DNA from: Eledone cirrhosa
Lineage: Eukaryota
Direction: 5' to 3'
DNA: 64,000 nt
Assembly: GCA_964016885.1 (NCBI GenBank)
Contig: OZ024743.1
Location: 34,596,001 to 34,660,000 of the forward strand
This document shows, piece after piece, positions 12,187 to 26,514 of the stretch. The position numbers were made by a program, and so were the translations under genes. A model generated the notes under the pieces. That model saw only the letters and a program-made list of their open reading frames with translations, did no database searches and was not told where the DNA came from. Each line of letters opens with the position of its first letter. The first letter of the stretch is position 1.

Positions 12187-15100
12187 CAGTCAACGCGATC
12201 AGTCGCATATTTTTGGCGTGGGAGACTATTTATTAAATTTAAGATGAATACTATCTCCGACAGTAATGCCACAACTACAGCCAGGTTGAATAACTGGTTA
12301 TTCTTCTAACTATCCCTTCTGAAGACACATTTTATTCGAATTCGTAGAGTTATCCGACTAAATACATAATTCATTTTACAAGGATTTGCTACAAACAGCA
12401 TGGCTGAACACAACATCAACAACAAAATTAAGGAAGTATCGAAGACAAATAACAAGGAAGGTAATCAAACTTTATTCAGTTGTAGCTACAGAAGAAACCG
12501 AAATTATAAATCGCATTTCTCTTGGAGTTGCGAACTTAATAATGATTTATTTAATTGTTATAAAATGGCAAAAAACAATCCCTCCATTGGCTATATGAAT
12601 AGAATGAAGCTACACTTGGACGAAATGCACCCAGAGCTAAATTATTTCACAGCGAAACAATTACGCCAACAAGCGACGTTTGTTGAACGTAAAAATAAAA
12701 TAAATATTATTAATTGTAAGTCCCACAGCAAACATGGAATCAACAACACGTTCTACAGATCGCCATGCTACTAGACTTCCTAGCAGCCAGGTCGAACAGC
12801 GTCTTGAAACAACTATGCCTGTAAGAAACTTGACACCACCTGTACCATCTAAGTCTACCTCGAATGCTGGGGAAAACACTATCGATAATAATAATAATCG
12901 AAGAAATAATAATAATAATCGAATAAATGTGATACCACGTATACCATCCGAGTCTACCTCGACTGTTGTGGAAAATACTATCGATAATGATAATCAAAAG
13001 TATAAACAATTGAAAATTTCCCTCAATGAAATCTTCCAGAGAGAAATTAACTCATGTATAAATATCTCTCTTGCTGAACGTGTTAAAATGACAATGGTGA
13101 ATAAAAAACCAAATAATGAAATACTACGTGTTATTGACGAAATAGGGGATGAATATTTACGACGGATAAAAACCCCAACATTTTGGCAAATCAACGCCTG
13201 TTTATATGCCTTAGCAATGACAGTGAAGCATTATCTTAGTGATAGCAGAGATATTAACAAGAACGAAAACACCACCAAAAATACCATCATATATAACTAA
13301 AATAGAATAAAAGAGTGCTGACCTACGAAAAAACATAGGACATGTGACAATGCTCCTTACATGCAAACAAACACAAAAAAACCTCACTCTTCACCAACAA
13401 AGAGTGAAATATAAAATAGAGACGATGTTTGGTAACAGTAGAACCAGAACTCTCCAATATAAGCTGATCACCCTCAAACAAGAATTGAGAGCTGTTAGCG
13501 AAAAACGCCGATACCTAAAGAAGGTAGACGAGAGAAAAATGCTTAATAAAAGATTCAGACGAAACCAAACATCAGTCTATAGAGATATGAAGGGCAAAAT
13601 AATAAGTGTCACTGAGGCCCCATCCCAGAAAAACATAGATTCCTTTTGGAGAAAAATATGGGGTGAAAAGAAGAATTTCAACCAAGATGCAGTGTGGCTA
13701 AGAGAAATCCGAAAGAACTATTGCTCCTACACTACAACAAAAACATACGAAATAAGTGAGGGTACCCTTGAGACTGTGATAGGAAAACTCCAGGAAGAGA
13801 CATGATTGTCTGCTACTGGTACAAAAAACTAATATTCTATCGGAGGTATCTTACTGATAGAAGTTCTTAAGGCACTTATACAAGAATGGTTGACATTAGC
13901 ACAAACGTTACTGGTCCCCAAGAACAAAGACACCCACTTGGGCAAAAAACTACCGTCCCATTGCATGCCAGAACCTGATGTATAAGATATATACGGCCTG
14001 CCTGAACCTATTCCTCCAAGATCACTATGAAAATAATAACATCATCACAGATGAACAAGTAGCTGGAAAGAAAAGGGTTTGGGGATGTGCTGAACAACTC
14101 CTAATCAACAAAACTGCGATGTCGGAGGTGCGACAACTTAGGAGGAATATGACTACAGTCTGGCTGGACTACAGGAAAGCTTTCGATTCTGTTCCCCACT
14201 CTTGGATGATAGAGGCCCTCCAACTTGCTAAAGTCCCAGACATTATTGTCAGAGCCGTAGAGAGACTGTCTTCTTCTTGGGCTACTACCCTAAGGTTAAA
14301 GACAGAGAGGGACTGACTCTATTTTCACTGATAAAATAAAATATTGCAGGGGTATATTTCAGGGGGACAGTCTCTCTGTGATATTATTCATCTTGTCATT
14401 AAACCCCTTGTCCTTTCTGCTCAAGAAATGGGAGGGATACATCATTGGCTCACAGGAGGACAGAAATACGAACCTAACCCATAACTTCTTTGTGGACGAT
14501 CTGAAACTCTATGCCAAGAACATGGATGGGATGAAGAAAAATGTTGACCTGGTTACAACGTTCTCAAAGGATATAGGAATGGAGTTTGGCCAAGATAAAT
14601 GCTCATACATGACTGTAAAGCGGGGAAAAACAACAGCCCAATCTAGCAACATTGTCATCAATGGTCTAACTATTTCACCTATATCTGATGAGGACTGCTA
14701 CATATACCTTGGGATAGATGAGAACATATCCTATAATGGTATCTGTAATAAAGAACGCGTAACCAGTGAATACTACACCCGATTAAGAAAGATCTGGTCA
14801 TCGGAACTTTCTGCGCAAAACAAAACAGTGGCTCACAATGTGTTTGCTGTGCCTGTCCTAACACCAACGTTTGGAATACTCAATTGGACGATAGGCGAAA
14901 TCCAAGCAGTTGATGTTGGAACTCGAAAAATACTGAACAACACCGGAAACTTCCACATCAACAGTGACATAGACCGCCTTTACTTGAAACGTAAGCAGGG
15001 AGGCAGAGGCCTAACATCAGTCCAGACAACATTTGATTGTCGCATTATATCTCTCCTACAACATCTACGAACCTCGAAGCGTAGGAGCCCGCTTCTCGAG

Positions 15101-16152
15101 AAAGTCTATCTGCATGAAACAGATAAGATCATGAGAGTTGGGAAGGAACTCCTTGAGAGATATTCCCTGTGTGATAATCAAAAACTCACACCCAGGGATG
15201 TCGCTCAGCAGTATCGCAGTGAATCCATGGATGAAAAACTGCATGCCTATCAGCAAAAAATCATGCATGGATATGTTGCCAGGAAGCTCCAGAGTGAGAG
15301 TAATATAGATAAGGAAAGTAGTCTATCTTGGACCAACAACCGCTATATTGCTCCCACTTTGAAGGATACGCTTTTGCAATCCAAGAACAGGAGATTAGCA
15401 CGAAATACCTGATTCACAAAAGAGATAGGGATGCAGGCAAAACACCTAGATGTGATAACAAGTGCAGACTCTGCAGAACAAACATCGAGGATATCACCCA
15501 TGTCATCAGCAGCTGTCCAAAGATGTCATCGCGGTACTATCTGCCTATGAGGCATGATATAGTGGCCAAAACACTGTACAATGCAGTTCGTAAAAAAGAT
15601 AGATAATAAACACATTAAAAGCTACAACAATGTGGAAGACATCCATGTACATAATATGAAAGAGTACTGGTGGAATGTTCCAGTAAAAACCCCAATAAAA
15701 TGCAGGCATAACAGACCAGATATTATGATATGGGACAGGGAGAAGAAAACATGCACAGTAGTGGAAATTAGCTGCCCAGCAGATGCCAATATAATATCAA
15801 AGATTAGTGAAAAGGAGAATATTTATGCAGAACTGATGAGAAATCTGCAGATACTCCACCCTGATTAGACCTTCAGATTTATGCCTGTGCTTATTGGGGC
15901 ACTAAGATATGTTAGTAACTGAGCTTCACAGGAACAGAAAGAACACAACTAGTTAGGAAATTACAAGTACAATCCATTAATGGAACAGTAAAAATATGTA
16001 AAACATTCCAAAAATGTTGCATTTAATAACTGCATATACACATGTACAGATACAAAGCTTATACACATGCACACATACAACTCAAAACATCCACATCCAC
16101 ACGTACAATAACATCCATATCTAACTTTGTGAAATTATAAAACCAGAAGAAC
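12186..16152 (+). mobile_element. Near full-length RLE non-LTR retrotransposon (Dong/R4-like), frameshifted
   Basis: RT motifs WLDYRKAFDSVPH, GIFQGDSL, FFVDDLKLY; CCHC CRLC...HVISSC; RLE RPDI...VEISCP; embedded in (CATA)n on both sides. Confidence 0.9.
13978..15868 (+). pseudogene. Reverse transcriptase + CCHC + restriction-like endonuclease (fragmented ORF)
   Basis: ORF pieces 13978-14316, 14378-15412, 15328-15606 and 15581-15868 form one domain order. Confidence 0.9.
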
Positions 16153-16160
16153 ATACATGC

Positions 16161-16191
<31 letters not shown>

Positions 16192-16265
16192 CATACATAC
16201 ATACATACATACATACATACTTACATACATACATACATACTTACATACATACAGTACATACATAC

Positions 16266-16296
<31 letters not shown>

Positions 16297-16301
16297 CATA
16301 C

Positions 16302-16332
<31 letters not shown>

Positions 16333-16410
16333 CATACATACATACATACATACATACATACATACATACATACATGCATACATACATACATACATACATA
16401 CATACATACA

Positions 16411-16444
<34 letters not shown>

Positions 16445-16545
16445 CACACGCATAGTCGTGCATTCATAAAAGTACCTTACACATACATATATACATAACA
16501 TATACTATTATTTATACGCACATACATACATGCATACATACGTAT

Positions 16546-16624
<79 letters not shown>

Positions 16625-16625
<1 letters not shown>

Positions 16626-17262
16626 TTGAAGCCAACTTATGTCCGAGTACGGCCACTCAAAAAATAAAAAAAATGTTAATCAGATATTGACAAAAATGTA
16701 TTATTGGTGTTGCTGTCGTTGGTGTCGCTTTATATTGCTCATGAAACCAAGAAGTGATTTACATATTATACAACACAGTGTGCAGGTAAATTTCCCTCCT
16801 GTTGCAGTCTGCTTTGCGTCGCATGCTTTGTCGTGCCGTGTTAGCCCACCTGTAGAAAAATACACTTTGGTACAGATGCCACATGCAATATCAAGGTGTA
16901 TAGGGCACTCAAAGATGTTATTTCCATGAATATGACGTCTGCTATGGTTTAGTAGCCCAGCCTTTGAAATACATTACACGTCCGCATCCCTCAGACGTAA
17001 GGTTCTCTTTCGAACCTCGTTCTGAGAACGGACTAACGCCCCCACCCACCCCCATGTTTTTAGCTCCTCGCTTCAGCTCAGCAGAGGCCCTCCTCTTCTT
17101 TTCAAATTCCTTAACACTGGTAACAATCAGATTTCGCCACTGGACTCTGTCTGTCGACAGATCTTCTCATGTTTCGGTGTTGATGTTGACCGTCTTAGGA
17201 CAACTTTCAGATAATCTTTAAAGTGCATGTGTGGCTTGCACTGCGGGCTTTTCCCTTACAAC
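16625..17262 (-). mobile_element. RTE LINE 3' fragment
   Basis: Minus-strand FKDYLK...INTET-EDLSTDRVQWRNLI...KEFE; terminus GTGGCCGTACTCGGACATAAGTTGGC similar to the 3' end of the non-autonomous RTE family. Confidence 0.7.
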
Positions 17263-17594
17263 AGTCCTTATAATACTTTTTTTTTTCTTTTAAATAAATA
17301 ACAACTAACCAGATTATTTCAATATACAAAAATCACACAGTGTCATGAAAGGCCATTATCAAAAAAAAAAAAAAAGAAACACTGATAAAGGGAACAGAAA
17401 ATGAAGAAGAATAAAGAAAGTGAAAAGGAGAAAAAGAAAGAAGGATCAAGCGGTGAAAGAAAGGGACAAATCGGCAAAAGCGTTACCAAGAAGAATGACT
17501 TGAGACACCCGCTACAACAGCCACCCCACCTCAAGGTACTCCTTCCTGAAGGGGGCCGCTGTCTTTACAGAAGAAATCAGCAGTACGGAGACCA

Positions 17595-19020
17595 TGTAAA
17601 TGTTTATTGTGATGTTGATGTTGAAGTTGATGTAAATGTTTATTGTGATGGTGATGTTGATGTTGATGTTGATGTAAATGTTTATTGTGATGGTAATGTT
17701 GATGTAGATGTTTATTGTGATGGTAATGTTGATGTTTATGGTGGTGGTAATGTTGATGTTGATGTTTATTGTGATGATCATGTTGATGTTGATGTTTATT
17801 GTGATGGTAATGTTGATGTTTATTGTGATGGTAATGTTGATGTTGATGTTTATTGTGATAGTAATGTTGATGTTGATGTTTATTGTGATGGTAATGTTGA
17901 TGTTGATGTTTATTGTGATGGTAATGTTGATGTTGATGGGGGTGGTAATGTTGATGTTTATTGGGATGGCAATGTTGATGTTTATTGGGATGGCAATGTT
18001 GATGTGTATTGTGATGGTAATGTTGATGTTGATGTTTATTGTGATGGTAATGTTGATGTTGATGTTTATTGTGATGGTAATGTTGATGTTGATGTTTATT
18101 GTGATGGTAATGTTGATGTTGATGTTTATTGTGATGGTGATGTTGATGTTGATGTTGATGTTGATGTTTATTGTGGTGGTAATGTTGATGTTGATGTTTA
18201 TTGTGATGGTAATGTTGATGTTGATGTTTATTGTGATGGTAATGTTGATGTTGATGTTTATTGTGATGGTAATGTTGATGTTGATGTTTATTGTGATGGT
18301 AATGTTGATGTTTATTGGGATGGCAATGTTGATGTTGATGTGTATTGTGATGGTAATGTTGATGTTGATGTTTATTGTGATGGTAATGTTGATGTTGATG
18401 TTTATTGTGGTGGTGATGTTGATGTTGATGTTTATTGTGATGGTGATGGTGATGTTGATGTTGATGTTTATTGTGATGGTGATGTTGATGTTGATGTTGA
18501 TGTTGATGTTTATTGTGGTGGTAATGTTGATGTTGATGTTTATTGTGATGGTAATGTTGATGTTGATGTTTATTGTGATGGTAATGTTGATGTTGATGTG
18601 TATTGTGGTGGTAATGTTGATGTTGATGTTTATTGTGGTGGTAATGTTGATGTTGATGTTTATTGTGATGGTGATGGTGATGTTGATGTTGATGTTTATT
18701 GTGATGGTGATGTTGATGTTGATGTTGATGTTGATGTTTATTGTGGTGGTAATGTTGATGTTGATGTTTATTGTGATGGTAATGTTGATGTTGATGTTTA
18801 TTGTGATGGTAATGTTGATGTTGATGTTTATTGTGATGGTAATGTTGATGTTGATGTTTATTGTGATGGTAATGTTGATGTTGATGTTAATGTTGATGTT
18901 TATTGTGGTGGTAATGTTGATGTTGATCTTTATTGTGATGGTAATGTTGATGTTGATCTTTATTGTGATGGTAATGTTGATGTTGATATTAATGTAAATG
19001 TGTATTGTGATGATGATGTT
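17595..19020. repeat. Minisatellite, ~24-36 bp units TATTGTGATGGTAATGTT(GATGTT)n
   Basis: Directly visible; related array at 38345-39205. Confidence 0.95.
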
Positions 19021-19310
19021 GGACGACGGTGACTGGTGCAAAGAGGAAGAGGTCGATCAGGCGCCGGTATTTGACTGTCTTCCTCTCCTCTGCATTGCGG
19101 GCAGCGGAACTCGGCTTTGTGGTTGACCCGACAAGGTTGGGGCGGAGACGGGTCACTGTATGTCGCGTCCCAAATTAGGGATGTGCCGCCATCGAAAGAG
19201 AAGAGGGTTAATCCGTCGAGGCGCTCTCCATCACCGCGGTTGAGGTCAGCCGGCTTCAATTGTGAAGGGAAACCGTTTGTGTCGAGACTCCTTCTGATGA
19301 CGTCAATCTT
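19020..19310 (-). mobile_element. CRE-like RLE retrotransposon fragment
   Basis: [32 protein letters not shown] resembles the RPDG...WD nuclease motif. Confidence 0.7.
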
Positions 19311-19329
19311 GTTCAGGGATTCTGCTATC

Positions 19330-19492
19330 CTCTAGGTGTACCATGTGACCTCACCACCAGAGACGCTGTTTCATGATCATGGTCTCAATGTTTGGCAGAC
19401 AGGCCCGCATATCAGTGTCTGGAGTATAAGACCTCCATGAGATCTTGAGGGCAAGCATTGTTGCTGGAAACGTTCGAGGTGTTAGATATGTC
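19330..19492 (-). mobile_element. RTE LINE internal fragment
   Basis: LKISW...PDT...LPNIETMIMKQRLWW, typical of the post-RT region of RTE ORFs. Confidence 0.65.
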
Positions 19493-19649
19493 CACATACA
19501 TACATACATACATACATACATACATACATACATACATACATACATACATACATACATACATACATACATACGACCAAACTGAAACTTGGAAGTCACTGCA
19601 TTTTTTTACTTAAAAAATAAAATCTCTCTCTATCTATCTATCTCCCCCC

Positions 19650-19707
<58 letters not shown>

Positions 19708-20154
19708 GGTCTATTTACAGAGAGAAATAGAGAAAGATTAAACCACCAATCCTCCCTTGATCCAGGGAATCATCCAGAATGTGGCTGCCAGAAGGTGCGA
19801 CGACTGGATTGAGACTTTTTTATGGACTCTGAAACGTTGAAAGGCAAACTGGATGGGGGGGGGGGGATAGGTAGAAAGGGTAAGGAAGAAAGGCAGACAT
19901 ACAGATAGGCAGGCAGAGAGACAGACAGACTGACTTGGACAGACAGACAGGCAGATATATAGACAGACGACCAGAGAGGTAGATATGCAGGCAGAAAGAC
20001 AAACAAAAAAGCAGACGACAAGGCAGACAGACAGATACATAGACAGAAAATGAGTCAGACAGACAGGCAAACTGAGAGACAGACTGACAGATCGATAGAT
20101 ATCTAAATCGATAAATAGATAGATAGATAGATAGATAGAAGATAGATAGATATA

Positions 20155-20605
20155 TTTCTTTATTTGCCACAAGGGCCCACAAGAAAAGGGGACAATACAA
20201 AGACATGGCGGGGATTTCACATCGAGTCGTGTAAAAAAAGTTTTAACATGAAAATATAACAATCGAAATCCCCAATAGTGGGGAGGCGTTACAATTGGGT
20301 TGTTTTATACCCCGTAGATGGAACAACCCTCAACTCCAGGAGCATGTTGGGCAAGTGCTCCTTTCTTCCTTTCGCTCTCTTCTTCAACCTACAGGTTTAT
20401 ATACAAAGGGTCATTCTCGCCACATTCACCCACCTTTCAGTAAATTTACTGGGTTGCAAAACCTCTCTCTCCGCTCTGATTCTCCTTCTAAAGTGGTGCC
20501 TAAAGAACTTGTCCACCATATAACCTTTTTCACCATAGCCACTATACAGAAGAAAACCGCTTCTCTTTCGTTTTTAAATGAAGGTGGCAGTTTGATCCTT
20601 ACTAT
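20155..20605 (-). mobile_element. Tx1-like LINE 3' fragment (copy A)
   Basis: Homologous to 20652-21170 and 26515-27010; 3' end AATAAAGAAAT next to (CTAT)n. Confidence 0.8.
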
Positions 20606-20791
20606 GGATAGATATATATATTTTTTTTTTTTTTTTTTTTTTTTTTATTATATTTCTTTATTAGCCACAGGGGCACAAAAGAAGGGGACAAATACAAAGG
20701 GGGAAGTTTACATACAATAAAAAACGTGTAAAATGTTATCACACATGCAATTTAAAAAGTTAGTCGAATTTCCCCCAATAGGGAAGACAGT

Positions 20792-23700
20792 TTATATGGG
20801 TAACACATACCCCCGAAAAAATGTGCAATCCTCATCTCCAGGAGTACGAAGAGTTTGTACTCCTTTCCTCTCCTCCTCCTTTTCCTCAACATACAGGCTG
20901 ATATAGAGAGAAGGCCCATTCACTCGGGCCATTCTCGCCACTTTCACCCACCTTTCATAAAACTTGCTGGGGTGCAACACCTCTCTCTCCATCCTGATTC
21001 TTCTTCCAAAGTGGTATTTGAAAAAAAGAATCACTTGTTGGCCGGAGAGAAAGGTGTCTGACCTCAGCCCTTTCAACCTTGTCCACGATACAACCTCTTT
21101 CGCCATAGCTATCACACAAAGGAAAACCGCCTCTCCTTCGTTTTTGAAGGAGGGTGGCGGTTTGATCATGACAATGGACTCGGTGGTCAACCGGATTGGT
21201 CCCACCCGCGACAATAGTCGTTCTACATAGCCCCACAGGTCAGTGACGCCCGGGCACTGTATGAATGCGTGCGCGACGGTTTCTTCGTCTCGCACGCACC
21301 TCGGACAGATCTTTTTTGCAGGGTCCCTGCCCGGGCGCCCATGTCTGTACAGCTTGTCTCGAACTGGTAGAGCTCCTCGGTAGCACTGCCAGGCCAGGGA
21401 CTTTTGGAAGTTGTCCATCGGTCCCGGGCGGAAGGTCCTACCGAACAGACTGGCCAGTTCATCTTCCTCTACGCCTAAAGTTTCACCGAGCGCGTCGTCG
21501 CACTTGCTGCGGATCAACCCTCTATAGAATGACGAAGTGGAGTCTCCACTGATCGCCGGGTCCGCCTGCCAGATGGCTGTGAGCGCCTGAGCACATTCCA
21601 TGTGCCAGTCGGCCATTTTCCTCGGTCTTTGCTTGACCCAGGACTGCAGCTCGGTCAGCGAGACGAGTCGTGGGAAGGCTCGCCTCACGAACGGAGCCCA
21701 CACCGGTTGTCCAGTGAGGAATACGTAGAGATGCCGCAGCCTGAGCGCGTGTTTGCGCATCATCAACCACGGCATCCCCAGTCCTCCGTTAGAAGGGTGT
21801 TGGCAGCAGATGGATCTTCTCACCAAAGGAGCCCGCCTCTTCCAAAGGAATCGGAAGAGCGTGTGCTCCATTTTGGCGAGCGTTTCGGCTGGACAAGGCA
21901 CGACGGTCAAGCGGTAGTAGATGGCGGACGCTATAAAAGTGTTCGCCACCTCCGCTCGACCTTTCAAGAATAGTTTGCACTCGGCCCACTTCTGGGTGAG
22001 TGCAAACACCTTGGCTGTCACTTCGTTCCAGTTCTTCTCCATCTGGAGGTCCGGACCAAACCAGACCCCGAGCAGATTTACCGGTCCTTCCGTCCAGCGT
22101 TCGACGACGCCATCGGAAGGCATCGGTTTGCCTCTCCACGATCCGAGTTGCAAACCGATGGACTTGTCCCGGTTTAGCTTCGCTCCTGTGAAACTTTCGT
22201 ATTCCTTCAGTAAGGTGCCGACTTCCTCGATTTGCGAGGCGCTCGACACCATTACTGTCACGTCGTCGGCGTAGGCCGACGTCGCTTTCCGGAGTCCCGG
22301 TTCCAGAGGGATGCTCTGCAATAGCTCCAGCTTCCGCAGTAGTGGCTCGAGAGTCAGTACGTACAGAAGGGAGGAGAGAGGGCATCCCTGTCGAATGGAT
22401 CGCGTAATATGGAACGGCTCCGAGAGGTAGCCGTTCACCTTGACCCTTGAGCAGATGTTGCTGTTGTGCATTGCAACAATCCAGCCTCTGAACACGGGTC
22501 CAAAGCCTGCCGCCTCGAGCACCGCATCCAGGTAACGATGGTCAACCCTATCGAAAGCCTTAGACTGATCCAAGTTGATCAGGGCCCCACCGAAGCCGGG
22601 TTTACACCCTACCCTCTCTATGATGTATCGCATGAGGTGGAGGTTGTCGTGTATGGACCTGGTCGGGATTGCGCATGTCTGCGCTTCTCCCACCAGGTTC
22701 TCAACGACAAGCGCCAGCCTCTTTGCCAACACGTTGGCCAAACTCTGTGTTTAGCAGAGTTATGGGCCGGAAGTTGCCTATGTCATCCCCCTTATTCTCG
22801 TCCTTCCTGATTAGTGTGACCACGCCCCCGGTTACAGAACTGGGAATTCTCCCGTTCTGTTGCCAGTTGCAGTAGACCGCTTCCAGGAGACCGGATAATA
22901 AGTCCGGCATTGCTACGTAAAATTCGTAGGGTAGACCGTCGAGACCTGGAGATTTGCGTTTGCCGCATTGGCTCAGCGCGTCCCCTATCACAGCGGCTGA
23001 AATCGGCTTTTTGCAGAACTTTGCCTCGCTGTCCGAGAGTCGCGGTAGGCCGTCGAGGTATGGACCGAAATGCATAGCCTCTCCCGGCGCGTCGCCCCTC
23101 CCGAACAGTTGAGCAAAGTGCCGCTGAAAAGCCGCACACATCTGCTTCGTATCGTTTTGGTCCTTCAAAGACAGAATCGTGGACTTGTTGCCATTTTTGC
23201 CTCCGTCACTCGGGCCCAGCTAACAGCTTTGGCTCCCTCGTTTCCCAGAGCACGTATTTTGCTTCTGACAACGCAGCCCTCGTGCTTTGCGTCGAAGAAC
23301 TGGTCCAAGGCCGTTCTCGTTGCTAGCACGCTGGCTACGTTTCCACTTCAAATTGCCTCTTCTACTTTATCTACCAGTTCCTTCTCGGTTCTATTTCTAT
23401 CTAACGCTAATTCTTTACTAAAAACTATCGTGTCTAATCTAACTGCCCTCTTGAGAGAGTACCACCATCTGTTGTTGACAATGGCCCCTGTCAAGTGCTG
23501 TTTAACTAAAGTGCTAATCCGTCTACTGTAGGCTTTGCTTGTCGGTAACGACAAGTTCAGCTTCGAGTAGCCGGGTCCTTGTCTATGGGTTCTATCAAGG
23601 TTGGCCATGCAGGTCACTAGTTTGTGATCTGAATAGGCAACCATGAACATTTGTGGACAGCTTAATATGTCCCTATTCTTATTTCTAACTAGAACCCTAT

Positions 23701-24304
23701 CTAGGTATGATTTAGATGTTCCGCTACGATTACTCCACGTCCACAGTGGCGCAGTCGGAAAATCTAGTCGATATCTATCGGCCAGGTCAAATCGGTCGAT
23801 TAACTGTTTGAGGCTGTTACACCCCCCTTTATCGGGACATGCTCCCACATAGTCCCAACGTGCATCTAGGATTCCATTCCAGTCCCCCACTAAAAGCAAG
23901 GAGCGGGACGTTCCCAGAAAAGTCTCTAGACGTTTGAAGAAGTCTGGCCGCGGTGTCCCGGATGGGGCATATGCGGCCACCAGCCTGAAGGCTCCACCTT
24001 CACTACCATCAACGTCTAGGACCACCAGCCGACCCTCCGGGTCCAGATGTACCGTCTGTGTTACGAGGCCCAGGTATTTCCGCAGCAAAACGGCAACTCC
24101 GCCCCCACCTCCCGGTTGACAGAAAGATGCGTAGATCTCAAAGTCATCGAAGATGGGGGCCAGCTGTCGCTCGCTGTGGATCCTGGACTCGCAAATGGCT
24201 ACCACATCCATACTGTGCGACCTGAGGTCGTTTAAGAGTTTGCCCTGTTTCCAGGGCATCCCCAGGCCACGTACGTTCACACATCCAACTCTTATATTGG
24301 TCAT
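20792..24304 (-). pseudogene. Tx1-like ORF2: apurinic endonuclease + reverse transcriptase (three frames)
   Basis: NVRGL, GDWN, YSDHKLV (APE); KSPGLDG, FRPITLLN, DQSKAFDRVDH, QGCPLS, YADD (RT); CPRC...HAFIQC. Confidence 0.92.
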
Positions 24305-24337
24305 GTTGGTGCTGAAAAGTTAAAAGAGGAAAAGAGA

Positions 24338-26268
24338 TCACTCACCCTTCGTCTCCTGGGGACCAGGCCGCACGATTTCCATGGGGGTGTTGGAGGGGTT
24401 GTCTGGATGGGTGGTGGTTTCCGGCGGGGTGAGGACGGAGTTTTTTGGTGGAGTAGGGTCTGGTGGGATGGGGGTGTCTGGGGTGGGAAGACATTTAAGA
24501 AGGACGCGGTTGAGTGGTTTCACGCAGGAATTCCCCACATCCTTCTCAAATGTTTCTTTTAGGGACCTATAAGTTTGTATAGGGACCCTAATCAGTTTTA
24601 GGTTCATTTTTTTGCTATTTTTAATAGAGTGGGCGAAAGTTTTCCCTTCGGTTTTCACCGAAGGGTCGTTCGTGATGGTCTCCATTAGTGTTTTGTTTTC
24701 AGTGTTTATGTAAGTGTAAGTGTAATTTTCTTGTGTTGTGTTTGTTTTTGTCTGTAGTTCTTGTGTGTGCTTTCGTTTTGTTGTAGGTATTTTGTTTTCA
24801 GGAGGTGGGGATTTTGTTTGTGATGTTTTTGTTGTTTGTGTTGGTGGTTGTATGTTTGTGGTAGTGTTTGCTGGTTTTTTGCTTTTGTGATGTCTTTTCT
24901 TTCTTTTTGAGCGATGAGGTTCTCCCTCGTCTTCACTGGGTGATGGCGAGATAGCCTCATCTGTTGTATCGTATGTGTGATTGGGGAGGGGTATGTCTTG
25001 GGGAGCTGTTGTGTCTGTATGTAATTTTGCAGTCGTTTTAGGTGGAGTGGGGTTGGGTGGGACTGTGTTTGTTGTGGTTATTTTTGTGTGTTGGTGTTGT
25101 TGTTGTTGTGGTGGTGTTGGTGGTTGTGTTGTTTTGATGGGTGTCGGCAGAAGAGCCTTTTTTATATTCATTAATTTAGGACAGGAAGCCTTCAGGTGAC
25201 CCCTGCTAAAGCAATGGTAACATGAAGGCCGCCTACCCTCAACCGAAAAGTTTATGTAGGTGAGTCCGTCCAGGAGTACACGTTGTGGGATCATAGCTAT
25301 TCGCTCTGGGCTCATTTGCACCAGAACTTCAATGCTAGTCCCATTGAATACATCTCTGGGGGACTTTCCTACTGACAGTATTCTGTCTTCATCAAAATTG
25401 ATGAAGCCGCACAGTATCCACCATATGTTCACCTTTGGTGTGACACTCGTGATTTTGATCTTTTGTGTCCTTTTTCCCATGTATGTAGGGAAAAAGGTGT
25501 ACAGGTTGGATACAATTGGCGACACAGAGTAATTTTGGGCCGTCAATTGATCCTTCATGAGTACCGAAATACTCCCAAAAAGTTTGCTTCTTTGAATGAA
25601 TGCAATATCATTCATTGAAGTTTTGAAAACCAGTTCAATTTCTTTCTGTGACAATTGGACTGGTTTTCGGGTAGAATTGGAAACTGTCCTAAAAACTATC
25701 GTTTTGAGAGCAGTTTCCTTGCGAATTTCTACCGGAGAATTGATGCTGAAAGCACCATTTTTTTCGAAAGTGACATATCTCCTAGCGTCCTTTAAAAGTT
25801 GTTCAGCATTTGTTATGTCGAGATATATCACTTCCTCCTTTTTTTGAACTGTCTGTGCAAAGGAGATTTTGGTTTCTTTGTGGAATTATCCGTGTTGGTG
25901 GTGTTGTCATTATTGTTGTTATTGTTGTTGTTATTCTTGTTGTCACCGATGTTGATATTATTCGTATTTTCCTTGGTGTTGTTGTTGTCTTTGATGCTGG
26001 TGTTATTGGTGTTGTCTTTATTTTTTTCTTTGTTGTTGTTATCATTGTTGTTTTTATCATCATTATTGGTGTTGCTGTTATTTTTGTTGTCATTGAACTG
26101 TTTGGTGTCATTTGTGCTGTTTGGATATGAATTTGTTTTTGCATTTTCATTTCGTCTTTCCATCTCTATAGTGTCTATTGAGAAGGAAGGGAAAGAAGAC
26201 GATGTTGACTGCGAGCTTTGTAGTCTTACCGCCTCTCCACCACCATTATCGTTGGACGCAGCGTTCAT
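24338..26268 (-). CDS. Tx1-like ORF1 (gag-like nucleic-acid-binding protein), one frameshift near 25830
   Basis: 497-aa ORF with CYHCFSRGHLKASC knuckle plus an abutting upstream 146-aa N-rich ORF broken near an A-run. Confidence 0.8.
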
Positions 26269-26514
26269 AACGTAATCAAACTTTTACAATATTTTTTTCA
26301 AAGATTCGATGGAGAAAAAATTTTCAAACGGATATTTCGCCCCTACAGGGGCGAAATTGACCCACCACCTGAAGGTCCAGACGGGGGGGGGGGGGTCAAG
26401 TTACACAATAATATAAAATTTAACTGAAAACTCACGTTTTTTTCTTACATAAATTAACGGAAACTTCTCCGCGGAGTTACACACGTCTGATAGAGGGAGA
26501 GATAGATAGATAGA

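Larger units (their letters stand above)
20652..26490 (-). mobile_element. Full-length Tx1-like (L1 clade) non-LTR retrotransposon (copy B)
   Basis: 5' UTR, ORF1 with CCHC knuckle, ORF2 APE+RT+C-terminal zinc finger; a few frameshifts. Confidence 0.92.
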
